Below, piece by piece: positions 1-11,200 of a DNA stretch of 64,000 nt; the first letter of the stretch is position 1; the number at the start of each line of letters is the position of its first letter. This DNA comes from a virus: the IMG/VR virus record IMGVR_UViG_3300006141_000001; one strand, given 5' to 3'. The notes beneath the pieces were generated by a model. The model saw nothing but the letters and a program-made list of their open reading frames with translations. It was not told where the DNA came from and did no database searches. Made by a program: the position numbers and the translations under genes.

Positions 1-1
1 A

Positions 2-3000
2 ACGGATGCTTTATTAGAAACATACAATTCTGCTATTTCGGAAGCAAATTCAAATGCACAAACTATTGAATCTCTTGCTTCAAGATATGAAAAGTTATCA
101 AAAGGTGTAAATAACCTTGGAGAAAATGTTTCTTTAACTGCGGATGAATATTCAGAGTATAATGACATAGTAAATCAAATTGCTGATATGTTTCCCACAT
201 TAATTCAAGGTTACACCAATGAGGGAGATGCTATCCTATCATTAAAAGGGAATGTAGAAGAATTGCGTAATGCTTATAAAGAAGCGCAAGAGGAAGCATA
301 TAATTTACTTATTGCTTCTGGTAAAAATTCTGATGGAAATGATATACTAAAAGATGCCAATAATGTTATAAACAATGTCAAAACAGGGGACTGGTTTGGG
401 AAAGGCTCAACACCTGGTGGGAATAAAGAAACTATAGATTATATAGACAAAATTTCTAATATATTTTCAAAAGATAATTATAAGGATATTATTCTTGGAA
501 AAACAGGGCTAGGCACCCCACTTGATCCATCAGATGATGACAAAACATTTAGAAAATGGTTTACTTACCTGACAGGAATACCTACTGATGGCAGTAAATA
601 TATTTCTGATATCACAGATGAACAGGTTGCAGAGATATTAAATAAACTAAAAATATCGAAACAAACCCTAAATGCAGAAATCAATTCTGTTGTTGATAAT
701 GTAGAGACTATAGCTAACGCATACTTAATGACGAATGAAGATTATGAAAAATTAGATGATCAATCTAAGAATGCCACATCTATGATAGTAAATAGTCTTA
801 ATGCAGATACTGTATCTTCTTTTGGCGAAAACAAGGAAAATGTAGGTAAATATGTTGATTCAATTGTTGAAACCATCTTAAACAATCAAGATGCAAAAGA
901 TGCTATAATCGGATTATTCACAATGGATACAACTGATATGTCCATTAGTGATATTGAACAGCAGATTAATGGCTATATCAATACAATTTCTGGAATACTT
1001 GGTGAAAACCCAGCGGAATTAAAAGTCAGGCTTGGATTTGACGATTCAGACACACAACCACTAATCAACAATGTCAGAGAAAAACTCCAAGACGAATTTG
1101 ATGACAAAGTTGGTGAACTCACACTAGAAGACTTACAAATTGCGGCTGAACAGATTGAGGTTCCAGAAGGCACTCTCCTATCTTGGGATGAGTTAATGAG
1201 TAAAATTGAAGATATTAAGAATGGTGTAAGCAATCTTGAAATAAAACCATTCACCGACCAATTCAAAGAGCTATGGGACTCAGACGCATTTGAGGACTCC
1301 AGAAAAGACCTGGAGAAGCTTGCGAAAGAGGCGGGCATAGCAGGAAGCGACATCCAATCATTGGCGGCGGAAAATGAGACTCTTGCATCCTTATTGGATG
1401 AGACAGGGATGTCCGCACAGTTCGCAGCCACATGCTTTAACAGGGTATGTGACGGGGCAGACGGGTTCTCGGCAATCACGGATGACGCACTTGCACTTGA
1501 TAAAGTCCTACATGAGATGGATGGGAGCCTGCAACAGGTGGCGGCATCCAAATCAGAGTATGACAAGGCGATGGAAAAGGATGATTACAATGCGGAATTC
1601 AAAGATTACCAGGAAGCATATGCCAGTGCAATGGAAATGTTTGAGAACGGGGATTACGGAAGGCATTTCCGTTCCACGATGGAATACCTTTTAGGTGACG
1701 ATTCCTTCAATATGAGCATTGAGGAAATGTACGAGTCAATGAAAGACCTGAAAAGCATATTTGGGGAGAAGTCAACGAATGGGCTGGAATTCCTTGACAG
1801 GCTCTACTCTAAGAAGGATATCCTTGACGGCCTGAACTCAACATTGGAAAAGGCTTCTGATGGCAGCTATGTTGCCGACTTTAAGCCGGAGGAATTTGAG
1901 AAGATTGGCGATGCCATGGGCATGACAGCCGAAGAGGTGTCCGCCTGTGTGAATGCGCTTGGGATGTTTGGCGATTTTGTCATGTATGACATTGACAAGC
2001 TGAACGATGCCCTAAAGGAAATGGCCGTGTCCGCAGAGGATGGCGGGAAGTCCCTGCTGTCCCTCCAAGGGGTTGAGACAATGCTTTCCAACCTTGGATA
2101 TACGGGTTATGAGGCATCCAGGATATTAGAGGACATCAAAAAGATGGACGGCATAAAACTGCTTGACTTTGGCAGTGACAGCCAGAAAGAGATTGACGGG
2201 ATCATATCAAAACTGCGTGAGTTGGATATGGTTGAAATCAGCGGGAAGAACATAACCATAGATTCTCTTATCAGCAGCTTAAGGGACGACTTCAACATGG
2301 CATCCGTGGATATTGAGGCATTCGTCAGGAAAGCAAACAACAGCTTCAACTTCTCAGATGCAGAGGGGAAGACACTCTCATTAAAAGAAGCAATCCAAAA
2401 AGTGCAGGAATCAGACGACAGCACTTCTGAAGACAGCATGGAAAGCCTTGGCAAAAAGACAAAAGAGACAGATAAAAACGTTAAGGAACTGAATAACGAG
2501 TCGCTTTCAAAAATACGTGAGGAATTTAGGGTTCTTGGGAATGGCGTTGGGGTTGTTGGGGATAAATTGAATGGCCTATTAAAAACTATGGGGAACATGA
2601 ATAATGTAAAATTCAATACCGAGACAGCCACACCAACAGACCTGCCTGGCAGTGTGCCAACTATGAACCAAGGGACGTTAAAAACCAAGAAGAAAAGTCC
2701 GGAAAAGAAAGGTGTATCACATGCAACAGGCACTGGGGGTATAGGAGTGCCTAAGAATGAGACCGCCCTTATAAACGAGCTTGGGAATGAGACAATCATA
2801 GACCCTAAGAGCGGGCAATATGAAATTGTAGAAGGTGGCGCACAGTTCAGGAAGCTAAAGAAAGGGCAGATTATCCTAAACCATATACAGACAAAGGCAC
2901 TCAAGATGCGAGGGAAGATTTCCTCATTTGGGGAAATGGTTTCAGGTGGGATTGGAAATCTAAAAGGCCGGCTAAAAGGGAAATCCTACGCCGAAGGGAC

Positions 3001-6000
3001 GGTTGGCTCCCATAACCCAGCAATAGGGAATGCGTGGGGAAGCAATAAAAACAGCAACAAAAACGGGAATTCAAACTCAGGTTCAGATTCCTCAAAAGAG
3101 CCTTCTATTGAGATCTTTGACTTCATAGAAATACTCATCTCCCGCATTGAAGCCGCAACAGAACGCCTAAAATCCAAGGCAGAAGAGACATTCACTGCAC
3201 TAAAGACCCGCGCAAACGCCTACAACAAGGCAGTCGCGAAGGTAACGGAGGAAATCAACATCCAGAGCAGGGCATATGACGCATACATGGCCAAGGCAAA
3301 CAGCATAGGTCTGGAAGCCGCATATGCTGCACAGGTGCGTGACGGGAGCATCAACATAGATGAGGTGTCCGATGACGGACTTAAAGAACGTATCAAAAAT
3401 TACCAGGAGTGGTATGAGAAAGCCCTGGACTGCCAGGATGCAATCCGGGAATTAAAAAATACACAGCGCGAACTGTTACAGGAAAAGATTGAGGCATACA
3501 TCACCAAGTATGACCAGATCATAGCCAGGCTGGAATCCGCAAGCACGCGCATCCAGAACAATTTGGACATCAAGGAAGCATGGGGTTTGTCCGCAAGCGC
3601 GAATGATTACAAGAGCCTAAATAAGAACCTCATGAAACAGATGCGCAATATGATGCTACAGAGGAAGAAACTGATAGAACTCCGCGCGACTGTGAAGAAG
3701 GGGACAGAAGCATGGTATGAGTACAATGAGAGGATCGACTCCAATAGCGAGTCCATCCAGGAGCTTACAAAATCCATGGCCGAGAATGCCACTGCACAGG
3801 CCGAACTTGCAAAGGCAAAGGCAGACAGGAGGAATGAAAGAGAGGATACCGAAGACGAAGCCCTTGACGCAAGGCTTTCCACCTCATCATCCGCATCTGG
3901 CAAGAACAGGCTCATCAATGCAAAGGCCAAGAATGCAGACCAGAGGCAGAATAACCTGAAAGTCGCATATGAGTCCTCCAAGAAAAACCGCGTAAAATAT
4001 GGGACAGGCATACAGAAGGCAGGCCAGAAAGGCGTATCCAGGCGGAATAAGAAGCTGTTCCAGAAGGCAATTAAATGCGTGAAGGACAGGAAACTTATTG
4101 GTGTGTCTATCCTAAACAGCATAGCAGACGCAATGAAAAATGCAAAGGGCAATGAATACAATGCATTAGGCAGGCTGCTCTCCTACTGTAATAACTACAA
4201 CGCATATAAGAATGCCGAGGAAGAGAACAGGCTCGCCTATGAAATGTATGCCCTGACCGCGCAGGCCGAGAAGAAATCCATGCGCGAGGAACAGCTACAG
4301 AATAAATTAGACAGCAGGCAGAAAGTTGCTGACCGTGCCACAACTTCCATGGCAGAGACGGCATACGCAAAGAACAGGAACTCCAACATACAGGTAAGCC
4401 TTGCAGAAGGCAATGCAAAGGCATACACGGAAGCAAGGAAGCTGGCATCCTCAGACAGGAAGAAAGCCGCCAAAAAGGCATCCTTCTATACCGGGAAGCA
4501 ATATAAGAAGGCCACGGGCAAGCTGAAATCAAGGCTTAAGAAAGTGGCATCCGCAATCAAGTCTGGGAAAAAGATAAGCAGCGATGGCTTAAAGGCGGTG
4601 AAGGAATACTGCGTAAAATACTTAAGCGGCAATTTATCCTATTACTATAACTGCCGTGCCTACAATGAAGCTGTAGAGAACGAGATAAGCGCAAAGGACG
4701 CAGAAGCAATCGCGAAGGCAGACGCATATGCCGCAAAGCTACAGTCCAGGATGGAAAAGACGGAGAACTCTGTTTCCAAAAGGGACAGTGAGAATGAACT
4801 GTATGAGGCCACTGCAAAGAATGAGAAGACCGCATATGGCAAGAACAAGTATGTGAACATGCGCATCTCTAACGTCAAAAAGAACCTTGCAGACTATAAG
4901 GACACATACACCCAAAACAATTCCAGCCTGAAATCCGCAAGGAAGAAAGTGGACAGCACAAAAGGGACGGACAAGGCATCCAAGAAGACCATCAGCGAGA
5001 TTAAGAAATATACAGCAAAGGGAGCCTTCATCCCACAGAGCCTGGTTAAGAAGGCATACGGGATTTCCAACGCATTCGGCCTTGCATGTGAGAATTACAA
5101 CGAGTCCCTGGAAGCAAGGAATGCGTCCAAGGAGACATATGAACTGTACCAGCAGACGGCAAAGACCGGGATGGAGTCCATGGCCATGGAGAAGCTGGAG
5201 AACATTGGGAAGGAGTATGACAATAAGATTGCCGGGTATGAGCAGAGGGCGGCAAAGCTAGATAGCGCCATAAACCTGACCCAGGCAAAGGGATACCAGA
5301 CGGGCAAAGCATTCTACGAAAATCTCTATGCTAATGAAGAGTCCAGGAACAAGGAACTAAGGAAGAAACGTGAGGACATGGTTAAATCACTGGCAGACTC
5401 CGTTGCCACTGGCAAGATTGAGAAGTACAGCGATGCATGGTATGAGGCCGTTGCCAATATAGATGACGTGACAAATGCGATAGACGAGTCCAGCATCTCC
5501 CTGGAAGAGTATGTGAGCCAGATGCGCCAGCTGGAATGGGACAACTTCGGGTACCTACAGGGACTAATCAATGACACCACGCAGGAAATGGGCTTCCTGA
5601 TCGATGAACTTTCCAGGCAGGACTTGACGAGCGACAAGACCGGGAGCCTGACAGATGAGGGGAACGCCGTGGCAATGCTACATGCAATGAACTACAGCGT
5701 GAAGAAAGACCAGCTGGAAGCCTATGCGGAACAGGTACGGAAGATTGATAAGGAACTTGCAAAAGACCCTTATAACAAGACCTTGATAGACCAGCAGCGC
5801 GAGTACCAGCAGGCAATGCAGGACACCATAAAAGGCATAGAGGATGAGAAGTATGCAGTCATAGACCTATATAAGCAGGGATATGAGGCACTGGTTGCAA
5901 AGATACGTGAGCTGATCAGCGAGTACAGCGGCCTGCTGGATGCCGAGAAGGACGCATTTGACTACAATAACACTATCTCAGACAAGACCAAGGAGATAGC

Positions 6001-7492
6001 GAACTTACGGAAGCAGCTTGCCGCATATGCAAATGATATGTCCGAAGAGACAAGGGCAAAGGCACAGACATTGCGCGTGTCATTGGAAGAGGCCGAGAAG
6101 GACTTGCAGGAGACACAGTATGACAAATATATCTCTGATACCAAGGAAATGCTGTCCGACCTGGGCGATGACTTTGAAGAGGCAATCCAGGAGCTTATCA
6201 GCAATTTACACCTGGAATTTGATAAGCTGGTCGCGGATATCAACACAAACAGGGGCGAGTCCGTAAATACTATCCTGAATAAGATGGAAGAAATTGGATA
6301 TGCCCCAACGGAAGAACTCAAGTCGCTGCTGGAAGGCATCTCTAAAACGGAGACCCCTGGCAGCAATGGGGAAATCCCAGAAATCACATCCGCTGTCAAT
6401 GGCATGGTAGGAACCATTAAAGATTTCTGCGCAGATATGACGGGGTTTGCCGACCTGATCGCAAAGGCGGCATCCGTAATCAAGGCCGTTGCGGACGAGA
6501 TACCAGATAAGAAGCCAGACGGGGGCAATGAAAACAATGGGGGTGCTGGCAATAACGGCAATAATGGGAATGCTGGGAATAACGGCACTGATAACGGTAG
6601 CAATGCAGGGGACACAGGGAAGCCAAAGGGAGGGAAGACGGAGATGTATATTGAACCGCCAAAAACTGTAAACCCTGTCACCATCCCAGACAATGTGATG
6701 ATTGACGAGTCACAGCTTAACAAGGACACATCCCTTATTGACACGTCATACCTGGATAAGTTTAAGCCGATTACGGAAGCGCCAAAGAAAACCGATGGCA
6801 CTAAGAAAAAACCAGATGCGGCCATGAAAAAGGCCGAGCAGAAGGCATATGCCTTGGATTACATAAAGGCACATGCGTCCGCAGCGAAAAAGAAGCCGGC
6901 TTCTGACCTGAATAAGAAAATCTATGACAATTTCGGGAAGAAGGTGCTTTCCTTAAAGGAAGCGAAGGAACTTGCGGAAAACTTGGGGATAAAGTATGAC
7001 AATGCAAAATCCACAGGGAAGCTGTATAAGAAACTGAGGTCGCTGGGCGTGAAAGGGTTTAAGGTTGGATCCCCATATATCCCATATGACCAGCTTGCGT
7101 TCCTGGGCGAAGGGGGCAATGAACTTCACTTTGACAGGGACAAGGGCATACTGCGCGAAGTCGGACAAGGGGACATGGTATTCACGGCTGACATGACAAA
7201 GAACTTATGGGAGATGGCGAATGCCGACCCCTCAAAGATATTTGGCGTAAATATGACGAAGAGCGGGTCTGTACAGGCACAGCCTATGGGAGGTATGGGT
7301 GACGTGAATGTGACATTTGGCGACCTTACACTGCCAGACGTGACCAACAGCGAAGAGTTTGCGGGGAGCGTGAAGCAGGTAATGCGGAAGGCAATCTGTG
7401 ATGATTACAGGACACAGAAATGCTTTTCAGAGGCAATCTCATCCCAGATGCTTGGGAAAGGCGTTGGGATTGCTAGGCATTGGAAGAATTAG
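2..7492 (+). CDS. Tail tape measure protein (5'-partial, >2490 aa)
   Basis: Frame is open from base 2 through the ATG at 188; long helical Ala/Lys/Glu-rich protein with two TMP-type motifs (HATGT...ALINELGNE, FKVGS...AFLGEGGNE); lies directly upstream of tail-tip genes. Confidence 0.88.
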   Translation, partial: TDALLETYNSAISEANSNAQTIESLASRYEKLSKGVNNLGENVSLTADEYSEYNDIVNQIADMFPTLIQGYTNEGDAILSLKGNVEELRNAYKEAQEEAYNLLIASGKNSDGNDILKDANNVINNVKTGDWFGKGSTPGGNKETIDYIDKISNIFSKDNYKDIILGKTGLGTPLDPSDDDKTFRKWFTYLTGIPTDGSKYISDITDEQVAEILNKLKISKQTLNAEINSVVDNVETIANAYLMTNEDYEKLDDQSKNATSMIVNSLNADTVSSFGENKENVGKYVDSIVETILNNQDAKDAIIGLFTMDTTDMSISDIEQQINGYINTISGILGENPAELKVRLGFDDSDTQPLINNVREKLQDEFDDKVGELTLEDLQIAAEQIEVPEGTLLSWDELMSKIEDIKNGVSNLEIKPFTDQFKELWDSDAFEDSRKDLEKLAKEAGIAGSDIQSLAAENETLASLLDETGMSAQFAATCFNRVCDGADGFSAITDDALALDKVLHEMDGSLQQVAASKSEYDKAMEKDDYNAEFKDYQEAYASAMEMFENGDYGRHFRSTMEYLLGDDSFNMSIEEMYESMKDLKSIFGEKSTNGLEFLDRLYSKKDILDGLNSTLEKASDGSYVADFKPEEFEKIGDAMGMTAEEVSACVNALGMFGDFVMYDIDKLNDALKEMAVSAEDGGKSLLSLQGVETMLSNLGYTGYEASRILEDIKKMDGIKLLDFGSDSQKEIDGIISKLRELDMVEISGKNITIDSLISSLRDDFNMASVDIEAFVRKANNSFNFSDAEGKTLSLKEAIQKVQESDDSTSEDSMESLGKKTKETDKNVKELNNESLSKIREEFRVLGNGVGVVGDKLNGLLKTMGNMNNVKFNTETATPTDLPGSVPTMNQGTLKTKKKSPEKKGVSHATGTGGIGVPKNETALINELGNETIIDPKSGQYEIVEGGAQFRKLKKGQIILNHIQTKALKMRGKISSFGEMVSGGIGNLKGRLKGKSYAEGTVGSHNPAIGNAWGSNKNSNKNGNSNSGSDSSKEPSIEIFDFIEILISRIEAATERLKSKAEETFTALKTRANAYNKAVAKVTEEINIQSRAYDAYMAKANSIGLEAAYAAQVRDGSINIDEVSDDGLKERIKNYQEWYEKALDCQDAIRELKNTQRELLQEKIEAYITKYDQIIARLESASTRIQNNLDIKEAWGLSASANDYKSLNKNLMKQMRNMMLQRKKLIELRATVKKGTEAWYEYNERIDSNSESIQELTKSMAENATAQAELAKAKADRRNEREDTEDEALDARLSTSSSASGKNRLINAKAKNADQRQNNLKVAYESSKKNRVKYGTGIQKAGQKGVSRRNKKLFQKAIKCVKDRKLIGVSILNSIADAMKNAKGNEYNALGRLLSYCNNYNAYKNAEEENRLAYEMYALTAQAEKKSMREEQLQNKLDSRQKVADRATTSMAETAYAKNRNSNIQVSLAEGNAKAYTEARKLASSDRKKAAKKASFYTGKQYKKATGKLKSRLKKVASAIKSGKKISSDGLKAVKEYCVKYLSGNLSYYYNCRAYNEAVENEISAKDAEAIAKADAYAAKLQSRMEKTENSVSKRDSENELYEATAKNEKTAYGKNKYVNMRISNVKKNLADYKDTYTQNNSSLKSARKKVDSTKGTDKASKKTISEIKKYTAKGAFIPQSLVKKAYGISNAFGLACENYNESLEARNASKETYELYQQTAKTGMESMAMEKLENIGKEYDNKIAGYEQRAAKLDSAINLTQAKGYQTGKAFYENLYANEESRNKELRKKREDMVKSLADSVATGKIEKYSDAWYEAVANIDDVTNAIDESSISLEEYVSQMRQLEWDNFGYLQGLINDTTQEMGFLIDELSRQDLTSDKTGSLTDEGNAVAMLHAMNYSVKKDQLEAYAEQVRKIDKELAKDPYNKTLIDQQREYQQAMQDTIKGIEDEKYAVIDLYKQGYEALVAKIRELISEYSGLLDAEKDAFDYNNTISDKTKEIANLRKQLAAYANDMSEETRAKAQTLRVSLEEAEKDLQETQYDKYISDTKEMLSDLGDDFEEAIQELISNLHLEFDKLVADINTNRGESVNTILNKMEEIGYAPTEELKSLLEGISKTETPGSNGEIPEITSAVNGMVGTIKDFCADMTGFADLIAKAASVIKAVADEIPDKKPDGGNENNGGAGNNGNNGNAGNNGTDNGSNAGDTGKPKGGKTEMYIEPPKTVNPVTIPDNVMIDESQLNKDTSLIDTSYLDKFKPITEAPKKTDGTKKKPDAAMKKAEQKAYALDYIKAHASAAKKKPASDLNKKIYDNFGKKVLSLKEAKELAENLGIKYDNAKSTGKLYKKLRSLGVKGFKVGSPYIPYDQLAFLGEGGNELHFDRDKGILREVGQGDMVFTADMTKNLWEMANADPSKIFGVNMTKSGSVQAQPMGGMGDVNVTFGDLTLPDVTNSEEFAGSVKQVMRKAICDDYRTQKCFSEAISSQMLGKGVGIARHWKN

Positions 7493-7499
7493 GGGATTT

Positions 7500-7527
7500 G
7501 GGGAGTAGTGGGTTACTGCTACTCTCC
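7500..7527 (+). terminator. Stem-loop after the tape measure gene
   Basis: GGGGAGTAGTGG-GTTA-CTGCTACTCTCC, 12-bp stem with G-U pairs favouring +; weak U-tract. Confidence 0.5.
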
Positions 7528-7566
7528 TACCCTATTTAATTAATCTAACGAAATGAGGTGTTGACT

Positions 7567-7719
7567 ATGTTTAACTGTTTTTTAGTTCTTAAAAATAAAT
7601 CCGAATGGATTGAATATACAAAAAATATACTGAAAAACACTGATAATATCAATGATGATATCATTATTAAAATATTAACTTTTCCATTTAGATTTGGCTC
7701 AGCTAATGAATATTCCTAA
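7567..7719 (+). CDS. Small hypothetical protein (50 aa) or remnant
   Basis: GAGGTG RBS then ATG...TAA; very AT-rich. Confidence 0.35.
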   Translation: MFNCFLVLKNKSEWIEYTKNILKNTDNINDDIIIKILTFPFRFGSANEYS

Positions 7720-7930
7720 TTGCTTTAATTGTTTTTTAAAATCTTCAGCAAATATATTCCATGAATTTACAATAAAAATTAGGATTTTACACAACAAACC
7801 GAATAAAATAAAGTAAGGACTACTAAGTACGACCACTATTTTTAAACCAAAAACTTAGTTTTGAATATTAGTGGTATAGGCTCTTAATTCGCACAATTAT
7901 AATACAATAAAAAAGATTTGAGGTGATAAC

Positions 7931-8200
7931 TTGACTCTACTGAAAACAATTAAAAAAATTGAAATGCAGCAAAAAATAATTCAACAACTAGAAGAAGAAA
8001 ATAAATACTTAAAAGAGCAAATGGCTTTATGCGGAGGCGAGAAGGCTGTTAAAAAAAATGAATTGAAAGAAAAAAATTATTTAGAATTTTGTGAATTGAG
8101 GTATGAATTAGATAAAATAAAAGGACAATATCAAAAACTAATCTCTGATTTAAGGAAGGACAAGCGAAGATTGCGGTTCACAAAATTCATATCAATATAA
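7931..8200 (+). CDS. Hypothetical coiled-coil protein
   Basis: GAGGTG RBS, TTG start, heptad-like sequence. Confidence 0.6.
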   Translation: MTLLKTIKKIEMQQKIIQQLEEENKYLKEQMALCGGEKAVKKNELKEKNYLEFCELRYELDKIKGQYQKLISDLRKDKRRLRFTKFISI

Positions 8201-8287
8201 ATGGACATGGAATATAGACACATGCAAAAACGAAAAATTATATTTTTAATTTAAATTATGATAAAATACGGAAGGAAGGAGGTATAA

Positions 8288-11200
8288 ATGGCGAAAATTG
8301 TTTTAGATAAAAATAATAATGTGGAAATGCCAAGGCTAATCTTACAGAACAGGAATTTTGATACAATAGGGTTAATCACGGATGCTCATGAGTTTTCATA
8401 TAAAGAAAATTTCAATAGTGCAAATGAAATACCACAGTTTGTAACATATAAATATAAAAACGGAAAAATACATCCATTATGGGATAAAATAGTAGATAAT
8501 AAGATTTTGTATATCCCTGAATTCAAAGAACGGTTTGAAATAAGCGTATCCACATCTGAGAACAATCTAACACAAAAAACAATCACATGCACATCTTTAT
8601 GCGAATCCGAATTATCAAATATAAAATTATATGATATAGAAATCAATACAGAAACTGATATATTGAATCCTGATTATGATGAAAAATTCCCAACTTTGTT
8701 TTATAGGGATCCGATAGATTATCCTGAAAAAACAGAAAAAGAAGTAAAACGCGCTTCTTTATTGCATCGGCTATTAGAAAAAGCACCCCATTATTCAATA
8801 AGGTACGTCCAGGAGTCACTAAAAAAATCAGAAAAAGTTGCGACTTTCAGTATTTCAGATACAGATATTTACAGCGAACTTACTGGGGAGATAGCACAGG
8901 AATTTGGATGTATTTTTATATTTGATTCTTTAAAAAGAGAAATTTCTGTTTACGATCTGTATAATACATGCGGGAATAACGAGTGTAAATACCGTGGCGA
9001 TTTTTCTGATAAATGCCCAGAATGTGGAAGCACAGAATTTGGTGGACAGTATGGGGATGATACTACCATATTTATCTCAAATGAAAACCTGTCTACTGAG
9101 ATAAGCCTAACTACCAATAAAGATTCCATGAAAAACTGTTTCTTTGTTGAGGGCGGGGATGATGTCATGACATCTACAATACGTGCCATTAACCCGAATG
9201 GATCTCAGTACATATTTATGATCACGGAAGAAATGAAAAACGATATGCCTTCTGAATTGGTATCTGTGTTAAATGAATATGATGAACTCTATAAAAAATA
9301 TAATGAAACAAATGAATATTCTCTTACGAGAAACTGTGTAGATAATTATAATTCTGTAGTTGATTATGTAAATGAACGGTTCCCATTAATAGCAGATGGG
9401 ACAAAAAAAGATAGGTACTCTAATGTAGATTATGTGCTTGTCGGTTATCCAGCGACTACAAAGGCAATGTATGAAGCGGTTGACCTGTATGGTTTTGTAA
9501 ATGATTCTATGCTGCCAACAGTTGACACCTCTGCACTTGGCATTGATGATTCTATGCAGGCAATTATAGATGGGTTTATGGACGGATTTGGAGGAGATGG
9601 AGAATCTTTTTCCAACGAAGTGGCACTAAACAACCATATGGACGCAATTGTTTCTATCGTAGAAAATGCCATAAAAAACACGGCAAAGGTATTTTATAAT
9701 TCTGCATATTACACTTTTGAGTTAAAAAGGGACTCCTATACTGCCCCCTCTCCCAAAGATACGACAGGGATTTGGACTGGGAAATTTATACTCACCAGCA
9801 TATCTGAACGTGACGAAAATGGGGATAAAATAAAACGTGAAAGCGGAATAGTTGAAATAACAGTCAGTGGGAATGAGGCTTTATTTTTAGAGCAGAAAAT
9901 ATACAGGCTAATGTCTAACAAAGATGAAGTTGCTCTATATGATATTACGAATATTAAAATGGAAGAAAGCACATTTAAAACGCAGCTTGGATACTATTCT
10001 TTAAGTGAATTAACGAATCTTTTAAATTCCTTTAAAGCCTGTTCTGAGCTTCTTTATTCGACTGAGATCACTGTTGATATATTAAGTAAAGACATATTAG
10101 AAAAATACCAGAATTTTTATAAGACAAGAGAATCATACATTGAAGATGAAATAAAGAAACGCCAGGAGATGGTCAATGCAATAAAATTATTTTATTATTT
10201 CAATCCCCTTACAGGCGAATGCTCTGGTGATTTATACGAACACAGGTATAGAACTAATACAATATTAGATTTTGAAAGGTTCATAAAAAATAAGCCAAAC
10301 GGTTTAAAATTATGGAATACTTTTTGCTCCTACCGAATGGAAGATAAATATTCTAACTCTAATTATATTTCTGATGGGCTTACAGATGCCGAAGTAGTTG
10401 ATAAGGCACAAAAATTATTAGAAGATGCAAGGAAGGAGTTGTACAAAGCATCTCATCCACAATATACTTTATCTGCCACAATGAATAATCTTCTTGCATT
10501 AGAAGAATTCCAGCCATTAAAGGACTACTTTTCTGTCGGCAATTGGGTCAGGCTCAAGATTGATGATAATATCTTTAGGTTGCGCCTACTCTCCTATCAG
10601 GTAGATTTTGATGAGATACAGTCGATTGATGTGGAGTTTTCAACAGTCGAAAGTATATGGTCTGGTGAGAGCGATATCAAATCTATTATGGATTCTGCTG
10701 AAAATATCACAAAATCATATTCTGGAGTCGTGCATCAGATGGACAAATCAAAAGGGACGACAACATATGTGCAGAATTGGCTTACTGAAGGCTTCAATGC
10801 CACATTGACAAAATTTGTAAACGACAATGACCAAGATATTGTAATTGATGGGCATGGAATCCTTTGCAGGAAATTTGATGATATATTTGGCAATTATAGT
10901 CCTTATCAGCTAAGGGTAGTAAAGAATGGACTATATACTACTCACGATAATTGGCTTACTATTGACACAGGAATCGGAAGGATATCATACATAGACCCAG
11001 AAACAGGGGAACGTGTTGATGATTACGGAGTAATTGCAAAGACAATTATTGGAAAGCTGTTTATTGGGGAAAAACTTAAAATATATGGTGCAAACAATTC
11101 AGTTATCCTTGATGAAAATGGCATAACCCTGGATGGAGGAACAATAAAGTTTACAAGCAAACTTTCAAAGGACAGCGTTGAAGGCATTGATGACTTCGAA

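Noticed and set aside
973-7347. Long minus-strand ORFs inside the tape measure gene (e.g. 2107-2904, 5962-6825)
   Set aside because: Ser/Phe/Leu-rich antisense shadows of a biased coding strand, with no motifs
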